A DNA stretch of 64,000 nt from Amphiscolops sp. MND2022 (GCA_964187785.1 OZ076409.1:92072001-92136000), one strand, 5' to 3'; shown: positions 11,658-24,810, counted from the stretch's first letter. The notes: generated by a model not told the origin, from the letters alone. Numbers and translations: made by a program.

Positions 11658-13390
11658 TTGCTTCCGATTACTGCCCTATTATATGGTTTTGAAATTTCCG
11701 ACCCCCTGGTATTGGACGCCAAGAACGATTGGACTCTGGAAGGAGACGTTTACCCAGAGTTTTTTCAATTTTTTTAGATGTTATGACGTTGTATTTTGGT
11801 GTTTTTCCAGTCTTTCAGGGGATTTTTTCGAGTACCTTTGGTATGTTTTGATAACAGGTAATTGTTGACAGATATCGTCTAAAATTGCAAGGTTCCATCA
11901 GCGGGTACCTTTTTTGCAGGTGTAGAGGACCGTAGCACGTGGCTACGGGTGTTTAACAGGTTATTTGAGCTGTTTTCAGCCATGTTATGCCATGCAAGAA
12001 GGTAACTGGTGGATGGTTAGCCACGAGCCAGCGAGGCGGCAGAGGGGGCAAATCGTGTGTTACCTACTTCCTACTGCCATTTCTCGTGGAGGAGGCATGG
12101 TTTTTGGTGGACAGCAAGTGCAATAGCAGACGATGCTAATGGTCCAAACCGCGTGTCTCTATCTGGTCTGGATGTGGAGAAAAAGCGTGGTGAAGATGTA
12201 CCCCCTGTGACCAGAAGTGTCGCTCAAATGGCTCATGGTTGGCGAAATTTTTGAAAAAACACTATTTTTGACGTGGAATTGTTTGGTAAGGCTTGTTTTC
12301 CTTTGTTGCAGCTCAGTGTGTGCTTTTTCACCTGTTTTCAGTGAAAAAAGTGCGATTTTTAGTGCAAAAGTCGCAAAAACGCGATTTTTGGCATTTTTGA
12401 GTACTTTTCTTGGTACGAGAGCGAGCGCTCGAAGTATTAGCCACAGTAGTTGCAAAAATGAATAGGAAGCAGCCCAAAACCTTGCGAGTTGTGCTACATA
12501 ATGTAACGACAACCAGAAAGGCCGTTGGAGACCTTTTCGAGACACATTTTGCATGAAAAAACCCGGTTTTTGACGAAATTGGCAAAAAACCACCATGAAA
12601 TGCCACTGGGGGAGTGCTGGATTGTGATGTAATTGCCTCTTCCGTGCTGCTGTTAGTTTGGGGCACACTCCACAGTACCAAAAATAGGATTCAAGAGAGT
12701 TTGTAACGTTTTCTCGGTGAGAACAGGTCGAAAAACCTTGATTTTTGGCCAGTTTCAGGAGTGCCAGAGTGCATCATTAAAAACTCTGGGGCACTCATAT
12801 TTTCGTGACCTGGGAGCCTGCGCGCTCTCATTTTCTGTTTTTGTAGTAAAAATAACGCGTGGTGGTGAAAACCGCGTGTAAAAACTCCCATTCAGTGCTG
12901 AGAAAAGTGGAAAAACGCACTGAATTTGATCAATTTTCCACAAAACCGGACTGTCTCTGAGCTAGGGTCGGGTAATCGATTCCTGAACCCTAGCCAAAAA
13001 GTGGTTGCAATTTCGTAACTATCACCAAAGTTAACGTTAGTGCCGAAAACTTCGTGAGCGTATCGGTCACCAAAGTCGAGAAAAGCTCTCTGACGTTTCG
13101 ACTTCAGAGAAGCGTAAGAGGACCAAAAAATCCAAAACTGCAGGACTGTCAGTGCCTTTTACCTAACGGGCACCACCAATTGAGGGTTTATCCCAGTGCT
13201 AAGGGTAGTGGAGTGGGGGCAACACGTTGGTCCCATTTTGCCTGCCGTATCACTTTCTGAGGTGATCCTCTTGGTCAATTTGTGAAAAAAGTCGTCAAAA
13301 ACAGTGTTTTCTCGTGTACAACGTACATAGTGGGTCGAAACCTCAAATAAGCGCTCGCGCTTCAATTCGACCTTTTTAGTGGCATTGTAG

Positions 13391-15290
13391 GTGCCCACTG
13401 GCATAAACTACCAAGTTTGGTGCCGATTGGTGTGATACTTGTTGAGAAAATAGGAAAAACGTGGCACACAAAAAGGTGCGCAAAAAGTCAGATTTTCTTA
13501 GTTTTTCGAAGTAACCCGGGCGCCTTAGCCGACGGGTGGGGCTACATTGCAACCCATCATCGTAACCTGTGCTAGTTTCTACGTTGCTGTAGAGAATTTG
13601 AGCTTGCTAGCTCCTTCCAGTGGACCGCAATCTTGAAAAAGACGTGAAAAACAGTGTATTTTGGTACATAGTGATACCGCACGTCTGTACCTAGGTGAAA
13701 CTGTGTAGAAGGGGTGCAGCTCAATTCTGTGTTCATTTTTGTAACCCTACGCGTACCTAAAATCTGCTGGTCATATTTGGGCTGGATACGGCGCTTCCAG
13801 CGCACACACGAGCCTCTTGAGTGTTGTCGTGCGATTTGTGGAAAATCCAAAAATTCTTTGAAATTCTTCCTGTGGTGACTGGAGACTTTTTTGCCCTAAA
13901 CCAGGTTAATTCTCTGGCCCAGTGTGCTTGTGGAAAAGCAAATTTGAACAGCCTACGAGCCTTAGAACGTGTTTTGAAAAATCTTGGACGTTGAAAAAAC
14001 ATCACTTTTCTTAAGTCCTCACCGAGACGAGCAGAGAGCCGAATCCTTGAGGAGACCCCCTGCAAGCCTACCAGCGTCTGTTTTACTATTCTAACAGCGT
14101 GGTTGGTGCCCACTGGCAGCGCCTGCCAAGTTTGGGGTCAATTGGTGCTGGATCTGTTGAGAAATTGACTAAAACAAACTGCACAAGAAGGTGGGATTGC
14201 CTGAACACCTTATTCAAAGAGTGGGGCCAAATTGCTGCCCACTATCGTAACCAGTGCAAGTTTATCGTATTGTTGCCGAAAAAACGAGCGTGAGCGCTCT
14301 TTACAGTTTGCCGGAATCTGAGTTGACACGTGAAGAACACTGCATATTGGAACACAGTGATACCGAACGTCTGTACTGTGTTGAAACTTCACCTAGTCAT
14401 CTCAGCACAAATCAGCTTTTATTCCGGTGTACCTCAATTTACGTGGAATTGTGTGGTTGATTTTGAAGCCAATCCTGCGTTTCTAGCGTTAGCGCTAGCC
14501 TCTGGAGTTTTTCTCAAGTGAAGCCGAAAAACCCAAAAAATATCTGGAAAACCTTTGACCACTTACTGGATCCTAATACCCGATTCTGAACTCAAATATT
14601 GGGTCAGTGCATCAATCCGGAAGTGCTGTATACCTTTCAGCACACTCCGACCCTTGGAACTAGTTTTGACTCTTCTTGGACGTGCATGGTCATTGTATCA
14701 GTTTAAGGTTTCCGAGACGAAAACTGGGAAAGTGAGAAAAAAGTCATTTCTACGTGTTGGAAACCTGTGGAAACCCCTAGTTTGAACTCTCAGCAGTTAC
14801 TCCATTGCTGTGCGTGTAATATTTGAGCAGTATCGAGTGGGCTGCCTTGCTGGATCATAGCATTTTGTTACTTGAAGTTGTGATATCCTGTGTATTGTAA
14901 CGAATTGGATCAATTTTTCGGAATTGTCGGAGCACCTTATCGGGAAGTTGAGATTACATTGCCCTGGACTATTCTTATTAGTGTCATTTGGTGCACCGTT
15001 GCTGAAAAAGTGAGCTCGAGAGCTCAGCACTGTGGACGAGAGTCTTTGATTGCATGTGAAAAATCGTGTCAATCGAGACACGGTGATACGGAACGTCAGT
15101 ATCAGATCTAAATCTTGCCCAGTGGTCTGAATTCTCATTGGTTGTTACTGTAGTGTAGCTAGCTATACGTGTGATCGCGTGACCAATTTTGAGCCCGATA
15201 CCACGTTTCCAGCACTTGTAAAAGCCATCTGAGTGATTTTCAAAAAAAGTTGAAAAATCAAAAAATCGTTGAAAAAGGCTCTAGCTTGGA
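13391..15290 (+). repeat. Degenerate ~700-bp-period tandem repeats in the Gypsy 5' leader
   Basis: Homologous ~120-bp blocks at ~13582, ~14272 and ~14997 (core gtgatac(c/g)g(c/a)acgtc(t/a)gta); gtgcccactggca...ccaagtttgg at 13391 and 14107. Confidence 0.7.
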
Positions 15291-16096
15291 GCTGGAGGCA
15301 ATTATCAGCTACGGAAGGTTATTTTTCTGACTTGTGAAGCTGACAAAGTGTGCTGTGTCATTTTGTACCCAGTACGATTGGTAAAACTGAATTTGACTCT
15401 GTTCAGACACACGTCTTGAACAAAATTCAAAAAACACCAGAAAATCTATCATTGTAAATCTTCAATACTTCCGCTGTACAGGAGGCAGACGCAAAAAGCC
15501 TTCATTTTCCAACGGAAGGGGCCCAGTAGACCTTCTTGGGTGCAAACGAGGCAAATCCCACGGTTCAAAAAAATTGCCGGCAGGGGTCATAAAGTTTAGA
15601 ATCTTCTGGGACTTCGAAATTTGATTCTGAACAAATCAAGTCAGCAGTTTTAAGTGTCTGCGACGCACTCTGGACTACATTTTCCAAACGAAAATCTCTA
15701 GGAGTTACCTTGAGCAGGGTTTTCGATATCCAAAAGAGACCCTGAGTGTTCCGACTTAGCCTACAATCAGATTTTGGGAGGAGCAACTTCCTAGTCACGA
15801 AAAGTTTGACCGGATTGCCCGAGTGTGACACCTTTTTGAACACTCTGGTGCCTCATTTTGGTGTTATTTCGCTGTATCGAGTAGCATCAACGCCGAATAT
15901 TACGCCAAATGTGCAGAGAACTCTTTTGGCGATTTGCAAAATACCCAAATCTCTTGAGGTTGAGAGGTCGACAAACCGCTCGACTGTCTGTTTGGTGCGC
16001 ACTATCCAACTTGGCTGCAGCAATCTGCTCTAGAGCAAAATTTTCTAGTCCACTGAGCAGTGTACAAAGTGTTGAGCAGTTTTCAGCACGCTGTGA

Positions 16097-18037
16097 TTGC
16101 TACAAATTCTCTTGACTTTGGCCCTGACACTGAACTTGGGTACACAGGTTGTTCTAGTGATGCAGGTCGGAACCTCTAAAGCTAAAATTAAACATGGGAA
16201 AATCTCCCGCCGCCTTAGTTCCTTTTTTAAAGGGGGAAGGAGTGCCAGTGCAGCACAACCAATGGATGTTCATGATGTTCAACCTCAAAATGAATCCCAA
16301 ATGGTAGATGAACATGACCGATCGACGAAGTTAGAGGATTTGAACTTGGAAGATTGGCCTTTGGTGGATAGTTTCAAACCTGTCTCCAATTTTCTAGACT
16401 CAATGCCATCTAACTCTCGGGATACCGAGCCGGAGAGGAGCATAAGGACTCCCAGTCCAAGTTTAGTATCGTCGTCTAAAAGATCTTCTCTCCATGAAGC
16501 CAGTATTCAGTTTTATCAGAAACAGGACCAACAAGTAGAGGCCCTGGAGCAGCAGATGGATGCGATATCAGTCATTTTGGCACAAGGCACGCTTCGCAGG
16601 GAGAAATTGCTAGCGCGAGCGCTAGCACAAATGCAGTCGATAAATGCAGAAGTACAGATACACCTCAGAAATGCCGATATCAATATTTCAAACTGCGTCG
16701 ATGAACCTTACACGTCGCCAGAGGATCACACTGTTCGAGGCAGGTAGCTCGAGAGCAATCATGGTACTGATGACCCAAAACATGAATTGATATCTCCAGA
16801 AAAGTTGAAATTCACGGAGGCGATATCCAAAGCCATGGCTAAAGAGTTGGCTCCCTTGATTGCCAATCGTGATCAAACCGCTGTTCGACCAACCTTATAC
16901 AGAGGTTCGAAAGACGGGACTGTTGAAGAGTGGTTGCTCGTGATGAAACGGTATTTGGAGCGAGTTTATTCCAATGCTTCACCTGTCGACCAGGCCTGGG
17001 CGATAATCGATCACTTAGGTGATGAAACTCGGAGTTTTATAATCAACAAACAGGAGTCCGAACGGGATTCTCACGAGAAGGTGACTACCTTGCTCTCCAG
17101 CAGATTTGGGACTGGGAGTAGCAGCTGGCCAGTGAGGCAGGCTTTCAGGTTGCGAAATCAGCTTGAGAAAGAGGGCCTGATGCAGTATCTAGATGCATTA
17201 GAGGGTCTGAGGAGTCAGGGTTTTCCTGATGAGCCTATCACTACCCGACGCTATGAAATCTTGCATCGGTTCATGGACGGGGTCAGCGATCCCGTGTTGC
17301 AACGAGAACTGACGGTAGTGTTTGCAACTGAGGCGTATCTAGCCGACCCACCTACCGTGGAATCACTTCGGTTCACTGTACAGGAACTCCAAAGGAGTCG
17401 TCACCAACAACAGCCTCGTGACCCAGGGTGCACCGAGACTGTACCTTATCAGTACCTACAGAGCGACCAAGTGCCGGGGTCACTAGTGGCTCCGCAGTAT
17501 GAATCGCTGCCACCCCTTGCACGCCGGTCGGCGCAATTGTCGATGCCGGCTGCGTCAGTACACACAACCCCTGAATACATACAGACCGCAACCTTAGAGC
17601 AATCCGCGCGCTGCTTGCAGAGTGCTTGCGCGAGACGCAAGCTGGTGGTGCATCGCCCGGAGCATATTCTTGACCCACATAGTGAGTCCCAGCAAGGTGC
17701 TGCAGCAGCGGTTCCAGCGCCTGCTGTCCCAGTGAAATTGTGCACAACTGAGGTGTCTGCAGGTTGTCCAACATTATCAATCCAGTCAGAAACTTCCAGC
17801 CCTAGGGCTGAAGAAAAGCAGAAAGCGGATGCAGCGCAAACCCTGTCTACTGCCTCTGGCAGGGTATTAATGCTACGTCCAGCTGACCAAGCCACTGTAA
17901 ATGCTCCATTGACAGTCACCTGTGGCACAAAGCAGGTGCAGACAGGTTTGGAGTCCACAACGTTTGACCCTAGTGGCCGGACTTTATTGTCTGTACACCT
18001 AGTGCTGGCCTCGGAGCAACAATACGCCCAGATTTGA
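16097..18037 (+). pseudogene. gag: Gypsy gag (coiled-coil N-terminus plus capsid-like domain), one in-frame TAG at 16745
   Basis: ORFs 16097-16747 and 16787-18037 share a frame; capsid-like YRGSKDGTVEEWLLVMKRYLE...LSSRFG...RFMDGV. The true start codon is uncertain. Confidence 0.8.
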
Positions 18038-18048
18038 CTTGAGAAAAG

Positions 18049-21000
18049 TTGAAGCTGGAGTTAGCTAGCAATTCGGCTGTCAAAAAGATCTCCTTACCAC
18101 TGCCAAAAGAATGGTATGCTGAAGGCGAAGCTAGTACGTGCCCGGCATACACCCCAGTTCCTGTGCATGCCAACATAGATGGCGTGGACATGAAATTTGA
18201 TGCTAGCGTGGTAGTAGATGTGTTCCCTCAAGGAGTGTGTCTAGGGCCACATGAATCACGCTGCTATAGCATCAGCAAGCAGGAGCCCACAGGTGAGGCC
18301 CGCATAGATGAGAGTGCGTCGCTCGTGGTATTTTTCGCAGTGCAAAATGCTAACCCTATTCCACTGAGAGGAATGGTCGACACGGGGTCAGGCGTATCAA
18401 TCATGAGTTTCTCAGCCTTCAACCGTATAGCCTTGCGGACAGGTGTAGCGCTACAACCTTATCGAATCGACTTGTATGCTGCTGATGGGAAGACGATAAG
18501 AACGTTTGGAATAGCGGAGAGTGTGCGCTTCCAACTTGGTGGAGATGAACTCGAAACCAATTTCATGGTAGTCGAAGATGCACAAGGATTGGAGGATTTC
18601 TTGCTGGGTCGGAGTTTCCTGAGAGCATATAACGTGCTCGTAGATCTGACCGCCATGAAAATTGTGGTGCGATCACCGGCTAAGCCTGTGTGGCATCACG
18701 CACACGCCCAGACGAGTGACGAAGGTTTATCCGGTACAGTAGTTTTGGATCAAGACGTAGTGCTCCAGCCATTTGAACGTGCTGTTTTACGAGCTAAGTT
18801 GGTCACTTCGAACTTGGAAGCATTTGCTTTCAGTAATGTTGTGATTAACTTTGCAACACCGAACCGATTGCTGAAGAACACTATATTCGTGGAAGACACT
18901 ATAGCCACTGTTGGAGAGACAGGTTCGTTCTATGTCTCTGTTGGCAATCTGACAAGCAATGCCCAGAAAGTGAAGTGCGGCACCATGCTTGGTACTGCTG
19001 CGCCAGTACGCCTAGTCTACCATGCAGTTCCCCAATGCGCGCTAGCTCACAAAGGCAAAAGTGACGAAAAATCGGATTCCCCGAATGAGTTTGTCAACAG
19101 GGTCTATTCTGAAATGGATCTGAACTCGCATTCAAAGTGTTCGTCGTCGTCGGAGTTCGAGTTTCTCTCCTCTACAGACCCATCGGAGGAGGGGTTGTCA
19201 GAGCGCGAGATCAGAAAGCGCACTGACCCTGATCTCTTGGCCCCTATTCCTGGACCCGAATCTCAGTTAGAGGAGATACAAAAAATGTGGGCGCAGACTG
19301 CCCGCGTCTCGCTGAATAACATCTTTACGGAATTTGATGACCTATTCATGAAGCATAAAGCAGTCATTGGTCGCTGCACAATAGCCAAGCATCCTGGGGC
19401 TACACCGCACCGTGAAGGCGCGAGAAGAATGTCGCCTGACAAGGCGGAGCGCGCCAATTAAGAAGTACGCAATCTCCTGGCTTTGGGCATGATCCAACCT
19501 TCGCTATCACCTTGGGCGAGTGGGATTGTGATGGTCAGAAAGAAAAATGGGGAGTTGCGGTTCTGCTGCGACTTTCGCCCCCTCAACGCTGTCACAATAA
19601 AGGACGCGTATCCCCTCCCACGCATCGATGAAAGCCTTTCACGCTTGGGTAAGGCCAAGATTTACACCAGTATTGATTTGGCCTGGGCTTTCTGGCAGAT
19701 ACCAGTGCGCAAAGCAGATCGCTTGCGAGCTGGGTTTGTTTGAATGGAGACGTATGCCCTTTGGGATGTGTAACGCTTCAGCTACTTTCCAGCGAGCCAT
19801 AGCGCGAGCGCTACGGAAAATTGTGAACCGTGAAGGAAGCATGGTGATGGCGGACATTGACGACATCGTCATTGCTACCGAGACAGTCGATGACCACATG
19901 GTACGCTTACGCGAGGTATTTGAATGTCTGCGCGAAGCTGGCTTCAAAATGAGAGTCGCTAAGTGCGACTTTATGAAGTCGGAAATCAAGTACCTGGGAC
20001 GTGTGGTCTCTGCCGAAGGTATCAAACCTGATCCTAAAGCAGTGGCAAAATTACGCGATTGGAAAGTACCGAGGAACAAAACAGAGATGCAAAGCTTTTT
20101 GGGCTTCGCCAATTATTATCGAGAGTTCATTCCTTGGCATGCCAAACTTGTGGCCCCCTTGCATGCTATTACCGGCCTGGGCGCGACTTTCGCCTGGGGG
20201 AATGAGCAGCAACAGGCTTTCAACGCCGTCAAATTGGCTTTGATCGAGGCAACTGCCTTGGCGCAACTGGACTCGGAGGGCGAATTTGTGCTGGACACTG
20301 ATGCCAGTGCTGTTGCAATTTCCGGCATTTTGCATCAATGGCAGGGTCCTCCGGGCGAAAGGCGCCTGAGACCAATTGTGTATGGTAGCAAGAAGTTGAA
20401 TGCCACTCAAGCGAAGTATGGCGCTCCCAAGCTTGAAATGTACACAGCTTGTTATTTCATCTTGAAGAATCACAGTTGTCTCTGCTCCAGAAAGTTCATC
20501 CTTCGGGTTGACAATCAAGCTCTCTCTTGGCTCAAAACGTATTCCACTGATCAGTCCTTGATTGGTCGATGGGTTATGGCACTCGAGAAGTACCATTTCA
20601 AAGTGGAGCATCGTCCCAGGACACAGCATAGGAAAGCCGATGGCCTCAGTAAACGAACCAATGATTATCGGTGGCGAGAGAAGCAGCTCAAGAAGCTGCC
20701 AGCTGTGACAGACAAATGGAAATTCCTCTCACAGGAGGAGTTTGACCAGCTGCACGTTGCACCTTGGTTCTATTTGCATGGTCGGGTGATACCCAATCAC
20801 CCCCAATTGCCCGCTGACTTGCGGAACACTAAACCTGACCCCACAAATGCAATTTGTCGTGTTGCACGACAACGTAAGCGCCGTCAGGCCGCTGAGAAAA
20901 GGGAGAGGGCGCTACGCGCTCCTCTACCTGAGGCACTAGTGCCTACATTGCAAAGTCACGAAGACTTCTATCCAGATTATCCTGAGGACTGGATTGACGT

Positions 21001-24000
21001 CACTGAAGAAGCTAGGCAAGATTACTTGCTGCCTATACATGTGGCAAATATCCCCTCACGCATGACATATGCCCTTGACGAAACAGTGGAGCAAGCCATG
21101 GCTTCCGCTCCAACGGTGGTTAGGCAAGCTGCCCTAGCCATCAAAGACATAGACACGGAACTTCATGAACATGCCAACAAGGTGCATGGCATCAAGGATC
21201 TGCTTTTGGCGCAGTATCGTGATGTGCATGTGCTAGAAATAAAGAAGTTGGTAGCACAAGAGTCCATTGATCATGACATTTTTCCTGAAGACGTGCGTGC
21301 GTTCGCACGTAACTATTACAAGCAGAAAAAAGATCTCCTGTTTGTAAACAAAAATGGAATTCTTTGTGTTAAGTATCCACCTCAGCAACGTCCACTGCAC
21401 GAACGTCCGTGCATGATTGTAATGCCACAATTGTACCAGCATGAAATTTTATTTCGTGCTCATGACGCCATGGGCCACCAAGGCATTGCAAAGGTAGTTT
21501 CGCGAATCCAAGAACGCCACACCTGGCCAGGTATTCGCCGCAGTGTTGGTCAGTACGTGAGTCAGTGCCTCACGTGCCAGCAAGTACGTGACAGGCCGGG
21601 TGACGTTCAATTTCACTTGAAAAATATCCAAAGTGGGTATTTCAATGAGTTAGTCCAGTATGATCATTTAAAAATATGCCCCTCCGATAACAATAACACC
21701 AGCATATTGGTGATAATTGACCATTTCTCCAAGTTTGCGGAGGCTGTACCTTGCAGCCATGAAAACTACGATGCCGTGACCACGTCTAGGTTGCTTCTGC
21801 AGAAATGCTTCGCCAGACACGGCACGCCTACGCGGATGCAATCAGACAATGCCCCCAACTTGACCGCAGAGGTATCCAATGAGTTCATGAGGGCATCTCA
21901 GGTCACAAAAGTTACCTCCACGGCGGGTCATCCGCGCACCCAAGGCCTGGTTGAACGACAAAATCGGACTTTGCTGACTTTGTTGCGGGTATTCTGCTCG
22001 CGTCGCATGAGAGATTGGGACCAGCATTTGGATAAAGTCATGGGAGCGTATAACTCAACGCGCCACGCCACGACTGGGTTTTCACCCTACATGCTGACCC
22101 GAGGGACCGAAAAGGCTATTCCTATCACCTACCTGTATCCGGAGTTCGCAGCCAGATCATTTGAATCGCATGGAGCTTATGTGGAGCATATTCTTGCTCG
22201 CCAGCAAGAGATTCATGACTTGGTGCGTAGAAACACGCATCAGGCGCAACAACGTCAAAAGCTAAAATATGATCGAGCTATTCGTGCAAACGCATACAAT
22301 GTGGGAGACCCCGTTTGGGTATTCTGCCGCTATGTACCTCAAAAAGGATCACCGAAGTTGATGAGAGCTTGGCGTGGTCCGCACAAGGTTGTCCATGTAC
22401 TACAAGATGGCCGTGTCTATATCCTGGACTCAGGGCAAAAAGTGCACTTTGAGCGGCTGAAACCTCATCAGGGTGGCCCTACGGAGTTTGTTGCGCTTCC
22501 CTCGGGGAGTGGCGAAGTGGTCGTTGTCATGGATCCTGAGCCTGAGCACTCTGCTGAGGAGATCCGAGATGACTGCTCACAACCCTCATATCGCGAGGAA
22601 GAACCGCTGTCTGAAGCATCAGAAGTATCGCTACCATCAAGAAGACGCCACTGGATGGACACCAGGTTGCGTACTAGAATGCGAGCTGGAGGCAGTCGTC
22701 TCCACTATCAGCAATTTGACTATTCCAGTTCCAACCCAGCGCGTTCGCGCTCTGACGACTTGCTGTCAGATGCCCGAGATCATTCCCAGGCAGAACCTCC
22801 GGCGCTATTCGAAGCTTCAATGCCTCCTGATGAACAACCTCGGTCATTTGAACCTGCCAATGACTACGAGCTTCCATTTTGATCCGAATCTGAAGTTCTT
22901 CCGGAGGTACCTCAATCGCAAGATATTCCCGTTGCAACTGGAGAAGCCGAAGTATCACTAGCGGGTACATCTGCTCCTCTGTTGACGAATCCTACATTGA
23001 CGGATGTGCCTATTAGTATTCCCCATTTGCCGAATGGTACCTCCAACCTCCAAAACACTGAAACCCGTGATACCGAGTTATCCAACACCAACGAGCCAAC
23101 TGCTCGGAACAATGTCCCTAGCGCGCGTGGTAGGGGCAGATCGCGAGCTGCTCTATCTCGTTGTTCGACACGAGCAACAAATTCCCGGTCGCAGAACGTG
23201 AGCGTGCGCGCTCAAAGGACTCCCAGTCGCAGAGGACGTCCTCGAGGACGACCTCCTCGGAGGCCACGAGGACACACAATTTCTTCACGGCAAACAGCTC
23301 GTGAAATTGACACACAGCCTTCAATTACATCGGATTCTGACTCTGATGCGCCCACCGCGCAGCTTACATCCGATGTTGACCAAGGCGCAACGCAGGTTAA
23401 CCCACACTATGGCTTACGCCGGAATCGAGTACCTCGATATCGATGTGAAACCTGTGGGTTTCGCGATTGCACTTGTGTCATGGCTCTGAACAAATCGCCC
23501 ACTATCCCACTTGGACCTGTGAAAGCACCGATGGATCCAAGGCCTCAACTTTTTATCCACAATGGTAAGCTTCTTGTCAGTCGCATTGTCATCCGCGCAG
23601 AGAAGACATACACCGGACTAGAATGAGAACGTATCTTCCCAGTAGACGTCGTGCTGGAAGAATTATCTAAATCCAAAATTGCTGAGGAACCTTGTCCTCG
23701 CTTCAAAGAGTGGAAAAGCGATCTCCGCGGATTGGAATTCACACTTGCCGTCACAGTGCCCCCTGTCACTCCTAACGTTGTCTTTGGACCTTTCAATTAT
23801 GAGAGGGAACCCATCCAAATGGTCCGCTGTATCACCGCTGACCTCCTATCTGACAAATACAGCATCACCTGTCAGCCTGGTGAAGTGTATCGCCCAGCCC
23901 AATATTGGTGGTTGCTTGTAACTGCCCCACATGCTCACTCTTTGGTCCAGCCTGACAGCTTGCGGAGCTGTCTAGAGAGTTTGCGGACTGTTGTCACTGA

Positions 24001-24810
24001 GGAACTCATTTTGTGCTTTCACATCGTTGATCTTTATCGTGGAAAACTACGGTTCCGATGGTGGCTAGAGCTGATTATCACTTTGTTCGCCCGCTTCCCT
24101 CGTATCCGCCTTTTGGATGATTGGACCCATTCCTTTACCGAGCCTGTAACGATCCACACTGCACTTGGTACCCTGGATTCATGGTCAACAGCAATTGTGG
24201 ACAATCAGTCTCTGTCGCGGTCCGTATGGCAGGATCTAGCTGCCATTCGTGGACAAAACCATTGAGACCCAGCTGATGAAAAAAGTCCCGGACGTCAGAA
24301 TGTGTTTCCTGGTGCCCTACGACCAAATTTGGTCGATTACATTGTTTACGACCAAACTGACTTCTTGAAGGTGCAGGGCCACGTAGCAATTTGCTGCCCT
24401 GCAGACCTTAACACCAATTTTGCTGCCTTGCGCTACATTCTTCGCGAGTGTGGCAGCGACAAAATATTCCAACTTCGCCCAACAGTTGGTGAAGTCCTAG
24501 CTCTCCCATCCTCATTGTCTTTAATGGATAGTCAGGTTATTCACCTAATGATAACACGCCCCTCCCAGCGTTCACCACAAATCACCGATGACTTTTGCTT
24601 ATGCTTGGAGCACTTGAAACCTCATTATTGACCAATGATACCCCTGATATTCACTTCCCCATAATGGACCCTGAGCGCCCACTTCTCAGCTTGGACAATT
24701 TTTATCATAGTGTCATGGACGTATTTGCAGGAACTGGTGTCACTGTATTTCTGCATGATCGCGTCTATGTCTCCATTGCCAGTATTGAACAATTTCCTGG
24801 CATCACTTAG
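18049..24810 (+). pseudogene. pol: Gypsy pol: protease, RT, RNase H, integrase, and a long C-terminal extension with two macrodomain-like regions
   Basis: MVDTGSG (18379); SPWASG, CDFRPLN, IDLAWAFWQI, MPFGM; YxDD mutated to DIDD (19853); LDTDAS...KLE...VDNQAL; HHCC finger; IDHFSK / SDNA / LVERQN; WRGPHKV. ORFs starting 19628, 22982, 23651 and 24302 are one frame broken by single TGA codons; frameshifts near 19730 and 24620. Confidence 0.95.

Noticed and set aside
16097..16747. Separate ORF0 upstream of gag
   Set aside because: Same frame as gag and separated by a single TAG; most likely a nonsense mutation.
22880..24265. TGA recoding or alternative genetic code (three in-frame TGAs in pol)
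   Set aside because: TAG and TAA stops and frameshifts also disrupt the element, and TGG is used for Trp; ordinary decay is simpler.
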